Of a stretch of DNA of 64,000 nucleotides, positions 33,608-46,024 are shown one piece after another. The position numbers and the translations under genes were made by a program. The first letter of the stretch is position 1. The number at the start of each line of letters is the position of its first letter. The stretch is from Halocafeteria seosinensis (lineage: Eukaryota), in NCBI GenBank assembly GCA_001687465.1, contig LVLI01000135.1, positions 62,001-126,000 of the forward strand, in the 5' to 3' direction. The notes under the pieces are model-generated. The model had not been told where the DNA came from and did not search any database. It was given only the letters and a program-made list of their open reading frames with translations.

Positions 33608-36277
33608 ATGTTATCAAAGAGACTAATACTCTTTAGGAATTGGCTCTCGTTCCAGAGGGCCCCTATTCAATCTTGCAGCACTCTTGCCGTCATGAGGATA
33701 ACTTCGAATACAGCTCGATACAATAGTACCAGGACGTCAGCAGAAGAGCAGGAGGAGCTAGATATCTATATGCCCCCACGGCACTCGTTCAAAGGAGGTG
33801 GAAAGCAAAAATATGGCAGGAATCAGAAATCCCTCGTACGACTCTCGCGAGATGCCCAACAAGGAATTGCTGCTCTCCGGAAGGAGGAGGCGAAGAAAAG
33901 AGCCCTAATTGGGGATGAATGGAGCGAGAAACAGCAACGACAATTTGCGCGCACTGTTCGCGAGGCATCAAGTATGACAGATGTGTTGCACTTGTATAAA
34001 ATGTATGGACGGAAACTCGATTCACGGAACGTTTTGGCTTGCGTGACGGCACTTACTCGCAACATGAGTAGGGTTAGAGGTTCCACGGGTCTCAATATTT
34101 TAAAAGAATGGAAAACCGATGAAGCATACCGCCGAATGATGCAAAGAGTGGATAAAATCCTACAACATGCGAACCGAAAGAAAGGGGCTGAGCAACTAGA
34201 CGCAGCGACAGCATCTTCGTTAATGCGGAGTATGATAGTTCTAGGGGAAGAAACCAGTGAAAGAATGAATTCATGCGTCGAAGTCTTCCGAAGAGCACTT
34301 AAATTTCAAAAGGCTCGAGGAGGCGACGAGATCCGGAAGCGCGGAAACGCTCTGGCAGAGTTCTTCTGGATTCTGACAAAACTGCACTCTCGCGGCATGC
34401 TAGAAACAATGAATTTACAGCACGTCGAGAAATGCGTGAATGATTCCCTCCAAACGGCTTTTGCAAATAACGAATTGGTTCCAAGTCACTGCTCCGCGAT
34501 TCTGTTCCACGCTTGTCGTCTTGCGGAGGTACTGGAGCTCCCGGTTGACCACGTTGTGCTGACGACCCAAGTAATTTTACAAAATGTGGATGAATTGTCC
34601 CCAGTCGATATAGCAATGCTGTTAAGAAGCTTTTCTCAGCACACGCAAGTTCTTAATGAGGCTTTGTCTTCATCCTCGGAGGCTCTCTGGAACAGTAGCC
34701 AGGGAAAATTCCACGACCATTCGCGGGAAGCGCAAAACCGCTTCGTTACAAATACCAGTGAATTCATTGCTCAAGAACTGCAACGTAGAGTGTCGCATAC
34801 CATTGACAAGATGTCTTTAGCGAACATAAAGTCTGTCATCATTAGTCTTGGAACCATTTACGGTCATGGAGCTGCATCTACCCTCGATGGAAACCCTGAG
34901 ACGACTGAATCTTTACTCCGTTGTTTGAGCATTGCCACAGAAAAACTAAGCGGTGCTGTTCCATCATTTTCCGATATGGAACTCTGCCAGCTGGCATTTT
35001 CCCTCGTTGTCATACTGGGCCAAAGATTCCCGAATGACTTCTTAGAGCTTAAACAGGTCCGTAGTGCCGCGGAATCACTGACAAATGAAATCCTTCGGCG
35101 AGGGGAGCTCAATCCAGAGCTATACTGGTACCCTGACGCGTTGTCTGTTTTGGCTTACTTTCAAAAGGATCACAGTGCCTCTGGTCTGGGTACTGGGGCT
35201 GACGGTGACGAATGGATTCAGTTGGCGTCGGAGGCATCTGACACTAGTGTGAGCGGGGAAAATGATGTAATCAGCCATTACCTTGAAGAGGCACCAAACT
35301 ATTCTAATGAGCAATTGCGACAGTCGATCATCTCACTTAGTGTTTCCCCGTATGTAAACGACTTGGAGCAGCTTTCTGCGAGGCATCAAGTAGATAATAT
35401 GTCAAGTCTCGTTTTCGCCCTAGCAGAAGAACTCTATACCCGTATATCTAAACAACGTAGCATATCCGAGGAGGGCGATCTCCGACTGGAATCTGACCTA
35501 GACTTATGTGCGCTGGCCACGTGGCTAAGCGCTGTACACGGACGTTGTCACACCTTGCTGGGAGAGTGGACAATTGACTTCTGGAAGCACGTTATTCTTT
35601 GGAGAAACGAAGTAGTGTTACCTAAGGAGCGGACAAAAGATTATGAAGATGAATTATGTACCGATTTAGTAGGCCGCTCACGAGACAACCTTCCAGCAAT
35701 TCTATTGCAGCTATACCAGTCTCAGCTAAGCGCCACGTTACAGAAAGATGAATGCTCCAAAATCTTCTTAAGTGGGCAATTGGCTAATGCAGCAAAATCT
35801 TTGCTAATACGTTCGGAGAAACGGCGGCTAAAGCATATCACAAATAAGACCCGGATGGGTTTGCACGGGATCCATAGAGAACTGGATTTGGCGGCGCGAA
35901 TCACAGCGCCGCAGCACCAAGAGCAGCTAAACTCTACCAGGGCGATAGCAGGATACATAACCGATACGGGGTATGTATTTCCCCTTGCGTTTCCGGAACT
36001 TCGTGTGGGAATAGACTTCCAAGACCAGAGTACGTCGGGGGTATCTACTAACGTGTTGAGCAAACAACTCGCGGCAAAAAGACTTCGCCATAGATTAATA
36101 ACCCAAGAAAACCTTGCTCCAGAGACCTTGAGTGACGCAATGCAGGGTTCTTCATTTCCACAATGGGATATTATCAGCGTTCAGGAAGACTTCTCCAAGG
36201 TATCAAAACAACACCTCGCAGCTACGGCAGTTGACCAATTGCTTGTTTGCCTCAATTCTAGGTTGAACAACCAATAG
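33608..36277 (+). CDS. Organelle-targeted helical-repeat protein with C-terminal RAP-like domain (FASTK-like)
   Basis: Arg/Ser-rich N-terminus, helical body, C-terminal GYVFPLAFPELRVGIDFQ...RHRLI...WDIISV. Confidence 0.65.
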   Translation: MLSKRLILFRNWLSFQRAPIQSCSTLAVMRITSNTARYNSTRTSAEEQEELDIYMPPRHSFKGGGKQKYGRNQKSLVRLSRDAQQGIAALRKEEAKKRALIGDEWSEKQQRQFARTVREASSMTDVLHLYKMYGRKLDSRNVLACVTALTRNMSRVRGSTGLNILKEWKTDEAYRRMMQRVDKILQHANRKKGAEQLDAATASSLMRSMIVLGEETSERMNSCVEVFRRALKFQKARGGDEIRKRGNALAEFFWILTKLHSRGMLETMNLQHVEKCVNDSLQTAFANNELVPSHCSAILFHACRLAEVLELPVDHVVLTTQVILQNVDELSPVDIAMLLRSFSQHTQVLNEALSSSSEALWNSSQGKFHDHSREAQNRFVTNTSEFIAQELQRRVSHTIDKMSLANIKSVIISLGTIYGHGAASTLDGNPETTESLLRCLSIATEKLSGAVPSFSDMELCQLAFSLVVILGQRFPNDFLELKQVRSAAESLTNEILRRGELNPELYWYPDALSVLAYFQKDHSASGLGTGADGDEWIQLASEASDTSVSGENDVISHYLEEAPNYSNEQLRQSIISLSVSPYVNDLEQLSARHQVDNMSSLVFALAEELYTRISKQRSISEEGDLRLESDLDLCALATWLSAVHGRCHTLLGEWTIDFWKHVILWRNEVVLPKERTKDYEDELCTDLVGRSRDNLPAILLQLYQSQLSATLQKDECSKIFLSGQLANAAKSLLIRSEKRRLKHITNKTRMGLHGIHRELDLAARITAPQHQEQLNSTRAIAGYITDTGYVFPLAFPELRVGIDFQDQSTSGVSTNVLSKQLAAKRLRHRLITQENLAPETLSDAMQGSSFPQWDIISVQEDFSKVSKQHLAATAVDQLLVCLNSRLNNQ

Positions 36278-36623
36278 CACCCTTAAACCTTGAAATTCAA
36301 TATGCTCGACGTGTATTTCATCTCACGAAGCTCCTCTACAACCATTCTAGGGTGTGATCCGTAGGCAACGTCGAACTTCCTCACCAAAGAAAGATACGAC
36401 CACGTCGGGAGATTTTGGCGCGTCCGTCCCGTTCGTTCACCATTCTAGGTATTCAAAAGTACATATACGTGCTTTGACTATGTAGTACGAGTACATATCG
36501 CAATTTGCACTGGTTGTGGTTATTCGACAGTCTCCCAACTTGAAGCTTACAGCATTTCAGATCGCAGATCCCGTAGGATTGTTCCACAAGTGTTTCCCTA
36601 CCGCTCCACGGCTCATGCATGCG

Positions 36624-38653
36624 ATGCTTTCACTCCAACGACGCTTCATTCCGTCGCTCTTTCAGAAACGACTGCTACCTCGTTCTGCTTCGTGTTTCCC
36701 CGTGGCGAGCGCATTTCCACGAACAATGGCCTCCTCGAGCAAAGTGACGGTAGTTAAGCTAGAGGATCTCTCTCCAGGTACGTCATTCGGGTTTTTCTCC
36801 TCCTGAGAAAAAAATGCACGCCTACCGTCTAGCGCTTGTATTTGATGAAAATTCAGGCTCCATGAAGGAAGTGGAAGTGTATCCCGGGAAAGAAGATTCC
36901 AAAATTCTGCTCGCGCGAAGCAGCAGCGGAGATCGAGTCTTCGCCACAGCTCCATAGTGCACCCATTACGGAGCGCCTCTGGTGAAGGGGGTCCTCTCGG
37001 GAGATCGAATTGTCTGCCCGTGGCACCATGCTTGCTTCAATTGCGGTACCGGTGATATTGAGGATGCCCCGGCGTTGGAACCGCTCCAAACTTATGACGT
37101 CAGTATTGATGGAGACAACGTCAATGTCGACGCGTCAAAACTGAATACTCCCGCGGAAGAAAAGTATGCGAGCGCAAAATCTGACGACGAGCGCAAATTT
37201 GTCATCGTGGGCGGCGGAGCTGCGGGTCTAACTGCAGCACAAACTCTCCGTAAGGAAGGATATACGGGCAAAATTGTTATGTTATCTGCCGACAAGCATC
37301 TTCCATATGACCGGGTGAAACTTAGCAAGGCTGTCGGAATCGCACCAGAGAAGATTCAACTCAAATCGCAAGACTTTTACGCTGAAAATCACATTGAAGT
37401 CAGAAATGGTGTTTCTGTTAAGACAGTTGACACGGATGGTAAGCAAGCCACCTTGGACGACGGTTCTGTGCTTGCTTATGATGGGATGCTCGTAGCGACT
37501 GGAAGTGAGGCGAAGAGGATACCTATTCCTGGGGCGAACTTGCCGAATGTACATACCCTACGTAAACCGGATGACTCTTCAGCGATTGCCCAGGCAGCTA
37601 ACTCAAAAGGACAAGACACTAAGACGGTAGTTGTTGGGACAGGCTTCATTGGAATGGAGGTTGCAGCTGCTCTTAAGAAGTCCTTGGAACTCAAAAACGT
37701 CACAGTGATAGGGATGGAATCAGTGCCATTTGATAACGTCCTCGGTAAGCCGGTTGGCGAATTTGTAAAGAAATGTGCCGAAGACTTTGGAATCAATTTC
37801 GAAATGAGTCAGTCAGTAAAACAAATTGCCAGTGAAGACAACTCCAGTGCGACTGGAGTAGAATTGGGAGATGGAAGAATTGTCCCCGCAGACTGTGTTG
37901 TCTTGGGTGTGGGCGCAAAACCTGTCACGCCATTCCACCAAGGAGACGGTGCAAATGTGGCAGTCAACAAAGACGGCAGCATTAATACGAACGAGCATTT
38001 CAACGTGCTTGACATTAACAATTCACCAATTAATGGTTTGTGGGCTGCTGGAGACATCGCTACTTTCCCTTACTGGCATACCGGGCAAAATGTGCGAATT
38101 GAGCATTGGGACGTTGCTCAACAGCAGGGCCGAGTCGCTGCCAAGAACATGATCGCCATGTCTGAAGGTAAAGGCCAAGATCCTTTCCGTGACGTCCCAT
38201 TCTTTTGGTAAGTTATGAAGAATTTCAAGACCTTCGACAGCTCTTTTCCCTATGGCCTCGTGTGTGTAAACCAACTGCAGGACCGGGTTGCCTTTCTTAG
38301 GAAACATTCGGTTTTGCGGAAATGCTGTAGGCTTCGACAACGTTGTGATGGAAGGAAATCCTACTCCGCAAGATAAACGCTTCGTCGCATACTATCTGAA
38401 AGGGGACAAGGTGGCCGGAGTGGCGACATGCACAAGAGACCCGGTTGCTGTGGCCGCAGCCGAATTGATCAGGTGTGTATACGTGTCCATAAAACAATTG
38501 CACAAGCGATCTTTAAAGCAGTGCAAAAATGTTTCCGATTGCAGAGAGAACAAGATGCCCCCAGCATCAGATATAACATCTGGAAAGGTGGACGGCGACA
38601 AGCTTGTCGAAATGACTAAGGAACTTGGGAGTAACTCGTCATCTAAACTGTGA
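36624..38653 (+). CDS. Rieske 2Fe-2S + FAD-dependent oxidoreductase (AIF3-like), with one in-frame TAG at 36955-36957
   Basis: CTHYGAPL...CPWHHACF, IVGGGAAG, GTGFIGME, AAGDIA, RIEHW, VPFFW; GT-AG introns. Confidence 0.9.
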
Positions 38654-38704
38654 TTTTTATTTTATGTTATGAATCAAACTCTAAAAGAACAGTAGAAGCC
38701 GTAC

Positions 38705-40006
38705 TTAGCCTAACACTTGTTTCCTCTCGTCTTTTAACTCCTGTTCAGTCGCGTGTAATTTCTTCTGTGCCTCCTCGTCAAGAGCGACTCCCGGGACAAA
38801 CTGCCATTCTCCACCCTGACATATTACAGGAAATGAAAAAATTAAATCTTCATCAATCCCATACGGGTTTCCGCTAGAGTGTACCCCCATTGCAATCACT
38901 CTTCCGTCGGAACCGCAAATCCAGTCCCGCACGTGGTCGACTACGGCGTTCGCAGCTGAAGCTGCACTGCTGGCTCCTCTTGCCTCAATCACTTCTTTCC
39001 CTCTCTGTTGCACCTTGGGGATGAAAGTTTCATTGAGCCAAGTATCATCTTTTATGAGCTCCCGAACAGGGATCTCCTTTCCGTTTACGACAGCCATGGC
39101 GTGACGGGCATCGGGGTACTGCGTTGCCGAATGATTTCCCCAAACGTACACTGAGACGAACAACGATACAAAAATGTTCGGAGTGTGAAAGCGAGATTCC
39201 GCCACAACATCAATGACATCACTCACCATTCTTCACTTTGTCGGCGCCAACCTGAGCCTTCATAGCAAGCTGCCCAACCGCACGATTAAAGTCCAGGCGG
39301 GTCAGTGCGGTAAAATTCTTTGGAGGGATCTTCGATGCATACTTCATTGCAGTGAAGGCATTGGTATTAGCAGGCTGGATCGGAGTTTGAGGTGAGCAGT
39401 ATAAAAAAGCACAACATCATGCTGTTCCATGTCTCAATTTTCCGACTTACATTCCCGACCACCAGCACTTTCGCATTAGGATCGGCGTAGTCGTTCAGCG
39501 CTTTGCCCTGCAACAGGTGATTCCCAAAGAATAAATGGTCGGCAGATGTGTGCTTCCACGGATACTTTGTTAACATGGCCACTTTGACTGCGTACCTGAG
39601 TCTTAAAGATATCACCATTCTGCACCAACAGGTCACTTCGTTCCATGCCTTTGGTTCTCGGTTTGGATCCGACGAGGAGCGCCAAGTTCACGTCTTTGAA
39701 TGCTTCTTCCGCATTGGTCGTCACTTTGACGGAATTGATGAACCTGCATTACGCGATAAGACACGTCATTCGCCTGATTCTTCCATAAATCGATCATTGT
39801 GCTTACTTGGATGCGCAGTCATGGAGCTCCATTTCGACCGCTTTCAATTTATTTTCGACCTGAGGCAGGTCGAACAACACGAGGTCGATCTGTGCCTCCG
39901 TGGGGTTCTCGGACACATATTGTGGAGTGAAAATATCGCCTCTTGCAATCAGAAAGACGAGCGAGTAGCCAATCTGCCCGGCAGCGCCCGTCACTAACAC
40001 ACGCAT
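38705..40006 (-). CDS. MDH1: Cytosolic-type malate dehydrogenase, multi-exon
   Basis: [42 protein letters not shown]. Confidence 0.95.
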
Positions 40007-40267
40007 TTCGATTCTACTCTTTTCCTTGTCGTTTTATTCAGCAAGAAGCGAACAAATAAAGCTTTCGCAACATACAACTCTACACCTTCTGTATCACCTA
40101 CTAGAGACACGAATATCCTCCCCGTAATACGATGTCACAACTTCAACTTCAACGTGGGTATCTTTTGCAAACCGATCCTTGATCATCAGTAGATAGATGT
40201 TGTACAACTACATTGTAAATTGTTTTCCTTGTTTGTTTGTTGAACAAACGAAAGACGTGGTGCGAAA

Positions 40268-41191
40268 ATGTCGGTTCGCATTTTGAACCGCATCGAAGTG
40301 GAGGAGCCGCGACGTAAGAGCGCTTCACAATTCAAATTCCCAGCCCTGTTCATGCCTATATGTGGTGTTTATTGGGTGTATATGCGATTTTGTCTCGCAG
40401 AGAATGGTCTCAAAAGTGTGCAAGACAGCAAAGAATGCACTTTGCATTCGGTGCCTGTACAAATCAACTATTCGGTACGACAGGCGCTTCGGAAGCCACA
40501 TCAAACCGACGTTTGAACTGTATATTGTACAACATTGCAGGGTCCCGCCGATATAGAGACCAAGTTTCCCGTATCGTCAGCCAGCGCGTCGCATGATGAA
40601 CAACCAAGTAAGCTCGATGTCTTGGAAACGGCTTTGTTTGACTAATTTTACAAGCGTCGTTTTGAATTCGTCAGTCATGGAAGATTGCCCACTCCGCGCT
40701 CGTTTCCGAGGGCGATTATTGGACGGAAAACCCGTGGAGCTTCCCACAAATACCGTCGGTGTAGTATTCAAAGATACTACGACTGCTTCTGAACAAAATG
40801 GTTTGGGTCACGGGTCTCTCTCGGGCAACAAACGAGAAAGGGACATGGAATTCATGAACTCGGATGACTCAGATGATGATGCTGAGGAGCCCAACACCAC
40901 GTTAACCATAGGAAAGAGGCAATGGACTCAACATAAAGTTTTTGATAAAGTCAACTACTGGGTTCATGGAACAAGGCCTTCAAACCAAGACTTTATACCC
41001 GGTACATTTGATATATTTAAAGTTGCAGATAAGGTATGCAACTTCCGACGTTTTTCTAGCTGTTTACACCTTGATAGTCTTATGCTCGACCACTATTGCA
41101 GTTAGCTGATCCCATAGCAGACGAAGACTTCGAGCGACTGAACCGAGCAATCGAACGATATACGCCAAAGGAGAACCAGAGCGAAGCCTAA
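40268..41191 (+). CDS. RNASEH2C: Ribonuclease H2 subunit C, multi-exon
   Basis: LHSVPVQI, ARFRGRLLDG--V-LP, FDKVNYW-H; last exon 41102-41191. Confidence 0.8.
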
Positions 41192-41823
41192 GCGTGCTCA
41201 ATTAACGACTCTATCTTTTGTGTAACTGCGTCCTTGTCAGCTCCTTGGACGGTGTCTATCTTCTTACCGCCATTGAAAAGCTGGAATGTGGGAACGGCCT
41301 GCGCAGAATTCATCTTCAGGATGTATTTAATCGAAGTCTTCTAGAACATGTTGAACCGACGTACCTGAATGCCGGCATTGGCAGCCAGTTGTTCGTTTTC
41401 ATCCACGTCGATCTTTAGAAATGAGATACGGTCGCCATACTCGCTTGCTAATCTTTCGTATACAGGACCAAACATTCGACAAGGCCCACACCATCTGCTC
41501 GAGGGTAAAACAGATACACATGTAGTCATTTTTTCGTTGTACATCGGGGTATGAGCCACATACTTTGCGGTATAATACGCCACTAATTTCGTCGAGTTCT
41601 GAACTTGCTGAATGTACTCATCAGTGGAATGAATGTGCACAATATTGTCTGTCGAAGATTCGTCCGTGGCCATGCACCTGGCTCCTGAAGTGGGGAACTG
41701 AACCCTCGTAGTTTCCATGGCAGCGGCAGCGCGTGCATTCCATGATGTTGGAGCAGCAGTTCGACGCGCTAGTAGAGCGCCTCGTGATACAGTCCGCTTC
41801 AGGGCAATCTGTAGACGATTCAT
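41188..41823 (-). CDS. Thioredoxin with mitochondrial-type presequence
   Basis: WCGPC, FLKIDVDE, AVPTFQLF; two introns; stop TAG at 41190-41188. Confidence 0.93.
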
Positions 41824-42027
41824 CTTGGTTTGAAGTGATTTGAGCTACCTTCCTTACACATGAGCAACCAGCAATACCATTCACATCACGTAATGTGGAA
41901 GTCACTTCGTGAATCCAAGTTGAAGTGTAAGTAGTACATCACATTTGGACGCTGTATTTGATACAATTGCAATACAGATGTTTTAGAATCGAAGCGCAGA
42001 GTATCTTTGGGGACATTCGTTGGGAAG

Positions 42028-42674
42028 ATGGAGTATATTTCAGCCGAGCAGAAAGCTCAACTGAGCCAAGTGTTTCGGACGTTAGCGGAGCAATATGCTC
42101 AGACAAGAGATCAAAGCATACAAACAACTACGAGGGTTATTTCCAAGGACGAGTTAGGCGAGGTGATGGATTGTATAGGTGTCCATGCCACAGAAGACGA
42201 GGTACGTAGAAAACCCCTCTGTGTGTGGGCGTCATCCTCGGATATCACTGGAGGTGGGATGCAGCTTGTCTCGATGATCGCGGCCGTTGATGTCGACGGG
42301 ACAGGACACATCGATGAGGATGAGTTTATCAATATAATGACACGAAAAATGCGCGATTGCCGTAAGTTACTGTTGATTAATGTGTTGGTTTGCGTAGTAG
42401 ATAGTTGATCATCTTTCTTTTGTACTGCAACACAGGTCCACAGCAAGAGCTGCAGGAAGTATTTGACTATTTTGACCGAGACAAGGATGGCAAAATTTCA
42501 AAGGGAGAACTGGCTCGTGTGGCAAATGAGTTGGATATAGATATTACGGAGGCAGAAGCGGAGACGATCCTCGAAGAAGCGAGCGCTGAAACTGGCAATA
42601 ACTTCCGTTTGGAAACATTACACAAACTCATGTCGGCAAATATTCCCGATGATGAGGAACGCAGCACAGAGTAG
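42028..42674 (+). CDS. Calmodulin/centrin-like EF-hand protein
   Basis: DVDGTGHIDEDEF and DRDKDGKISKGEL loops; two introns. Confidence 0.88.
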
Positions 42675-42720
42675 AATTGCGTGGACCACATGCGCGAGGT
42701 GTATTTTAACACTTAAATGG

Positions 42721-45700
42721 CTAACCAAACAGTACATCAGCAACACTGAGTTCATTCACCGGGACTCGTACAACGGGTACCGTCTCGCTGGACCTAACAG
42801 TGTTCTGCGGATGGTAACTGTCTGAAGCGGGGTCGGTTTCAGTAGGCTTACTTACTTTTCTCCACTTTGATGACGACTGGATAACAGATGCCTCACTGGT
42901 CTTCAATGATGTATTAGCAGGACCATGGGTCGTCGATGCCCCTCTTCTCGAGTGCTTCCGAGAAACAGATGGTGTCCGAGATCTTTCGACGCTCCGATCG
43001 AATTGTGCACTCAATGAAAACGGGAGCTCTTGGTTTCCGGAATTCCAAACGTATCCTTCGGATCCTGCAGATATAGGTTTCAAGTGTATGGTGTCATTTT
43101 AGTTTCTGCACAAGCGTTGAAGCGGTATACGTACCTAGATCCTCGTGGATCGTCGTTATCGCTAGATGCTGGGGCTCTTGTGGTATTTGAAGGAATAAGG
43201 ATGCTCCGTGGCGATAGATATAAAAATGATTGGTTTGGCGTTTATCAAAGACGAAAGTCCACCACTGTTGCCCCGTTTTCTTCGAACATGAAAGCAAGGG
43301 GATCGCATCTTCGAAGTGATATATGCGTTGGGCTGGTACGTTACTATCGTTTTTTCCTGCCCCGAAAATAATTGTCGTTACGCCGTTCATTGAAACAATT
43401 TCCATTTTCTCTGGGGCACTCAAGGAAGTGGAGGTTGTTGCTACTGGAGAACCGTTTGGCCAAGCAGCTTGCTTCAAGGCTTTATACAGAAGAAAAATGC
43501 CTAAGAAGAGTGAACTACGGGGTTGATCTTGCACAGTACACGCACATGCCATTAATTCAAGGGCCACCGCGGAGTACGCTTTGATCGATTGCATGTCGCT
43601 CTGTAGCATTATCGAATCTTGGCGCTTTCGGGACACATGGGCTTGGAGCAAAATGTAAGCCTTTAGTTGGGAATTTGTCAAGCTATTTTTTGGCTCTCTG
43701 AACTTCATCCAGTCTTCTTTCCATTGTTTCTCCAGTAACTTCTTCTCCCCGTGCCTATAGCAAATCGAGTCGTCCTGAGACCGGGAACATATCTTCGCAA
43801 GAGCAAGCAGTAGTGTAGCGATACTGGACCATGGATCGCAAGAAGTTGGAATATCCCCGAGGGCATCCTGCACGTGCTGCATTGCAGCTGGAAGAACCCC
43901 ATTCTCGCTTACGATTTTGCCCTTGTTCGTAATTTCGTACGAGCCACTAGATTCTAGTTCCCTGATGAGCCCGAGTGTACTCAGCTCTTGGAGGGTTTCT
44001 CTGGCGAAAATAAGTGAATGATCTTTGGACTTTTCAGCACCGAGCGTGTTCCACAGCAGTGTTTTTTCGAACCCTTGTGCCACAGTGTTTTCATCTTGCC
44101 TCTCTTTTTTCACGAAGACTTCCAACAGCAATGAACCGAGCTTTCCTCCTACCTGGGAGACAGCGTTCGCTCGCTGTGCTTGGGAACTGGAATATCTCTG
44201 TACCATTACATTTTGCGTCATGATTACGGCTGCACCCCTTGTTTCAATATCATGGCCTCCAGCTCGGCCTATCATTTGGTTCAAGGTTAGGATTGGGTAC
44301 TCAACATATCCTTTTCCGGGCCCTTCCCAGTGCTGGGTTCCCTTGATGATGACTAAATCGGGGTCCAAACTCATAGAGTACGCGAGTTGCCCTGTTGTGA
44401 CCACTGTCCACAACTTGCCTTCATGGAAGAGATTTTCGACGATATTCTTGTCGTTTCTTGACGAGTCCCGCGTATAGAATCCAACCCCACGGAGCAACCT
44501 CTTTCCCAACTCTGGATCGTCAGCCGCTAGTATGCCCATTGCAGGAGCTGCACTACTGTGTCTTGCCAACAGAGAAGCTAGCTGTCTAACTTCAGTCCGG
44601 GTGGCACAGAAAACGACCGATTTCTGCTGCTGGAAGTTTTCTTCAATGATTTGGTACACGGAGAAGTTTAGGCTTCGAGCAAAGAGGAACGGGTTATCAC
44701 AGTTCTTTGTGTATCCTCTTACGGAGACCGGAATTGGGTATACCCGGTCGCTATTGCTGAACAGGAATACCCGTGAAGGGGGGACATTAAGCCATGCTGC
44801 AATCGCCTGGTAGTTATCTACTGGGAGCATGGTTGCTACCATCCTAACCCCCTGCATCTTCCTGTTTTGCATGATCAGGTATAACGCTTTCTCGAGCGAG
44901 TAACCATGAGATTCATCCCCCACCAAATGCAACTGGAACGCTTAAACGAATCCAAAACGCTTGAATGAAGTCAACTGTATGGTTGCAGAATTCTTACCTG
45001 GTCAACAACTACCCGTCCTATGTCAAGTTGTGGACAGTGTTTCCACATGTCTGCGGTGGTACTGCAAACCATTTGCAAAGATACTCTATATGATGCGCGT
45101 TGACTGTCTCAGTTTTTCGAAGGCACAAACCAAATGATGCTAGCTTCCTGAATTAAGTCTTCTTTCGCTGCGTCACGCTGTTTGTCTACCAGCGCTACAC
45201 GTGGGCTTGCCGGGTTTTGGTACCACTTTCTGTATCGTTGATGCAGCCGGGATTGAGTGGGAGCGATGTAGAGCACTTTCCTGCATGACCAAAGTTCAGC
45301 AATTTTGATGGTGAATTGAAGGACACGGGAACCGACGCAGACATACCTGAGTCCTCTACTTTGGCCTTCGTTTTCGAGAAAGCGCATGATGGCTACGTCA
45401 TGAATTATTGACTTCCCATTGCCTCCAGAAGCACAGACAAGTACGTTCTCTGAGGACTCATAGAGCTGCACAAACGTATATAGAGCAATTGGAGACCACT
45501 TATTCTGGAGCTGTACTTCCAACCCCTTACCCCCTTAAATGTTAGCGATTGTAGCCTGTTGAAGGTCGGAAAGGGAAAAAGGCCACGAAAGTGCTCCGGT
45601 ACTACCCGGTATACTTCCAGACAGGTTGATGACGCAGGATCATGTAGACGTCGCTGAACTGTTTTGGTTTCCCTACCTCTATTGCTAACTGGAAAAATCG

Positions 45701-46024
45701 CTGTTTGTAACAAGTGATCTGGACGCACGATGGTATTCGTAACTTACAATTCTCTTTGATGGTGTGGCCTCGCTCGGACCAAGTGTCAGTGTTTGTGACT
45801 TTCCTAGAGGGTTCCTGAGGAAGAGGACTCAAGCAATGCCCACTTTCCCCGAAAAATTGGTAAGGGTGTTCGTCTTCGTCGTCGCTGAGGAGTTTCTGCA
45901 AGGAGAGTGGAATGCCCAGTATGCATAAGTGCAAAAACGAGAATTCCCCTTCGTCTCAATCTTGGACTCTTACCTCATCAAAAATGAGATCATTGAGATT
46001 TTTGCCGTCCGCTTTTGTATCCAT
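42721..46024 (-). CDS. MER3: MER3/HFM1-like Ski2-family helicase with Sec63 domain and degenerate motifs
   Basis: PEHFRGLFPFPTFNRLQS, ASGGNGKS, LYIAPT, DQLH, VVFCATR, LVIIKGTQ, QMIGRAGG, KAYILLQA; multi-exon. Confidence 0.75.

Noticed and set aside
36955..36957. Genome-wide TAG reassignment
   Set aside because: TAG ends several genes here (18537, 36277, 41188, 42674) and long ORFs contain no internal TAG.
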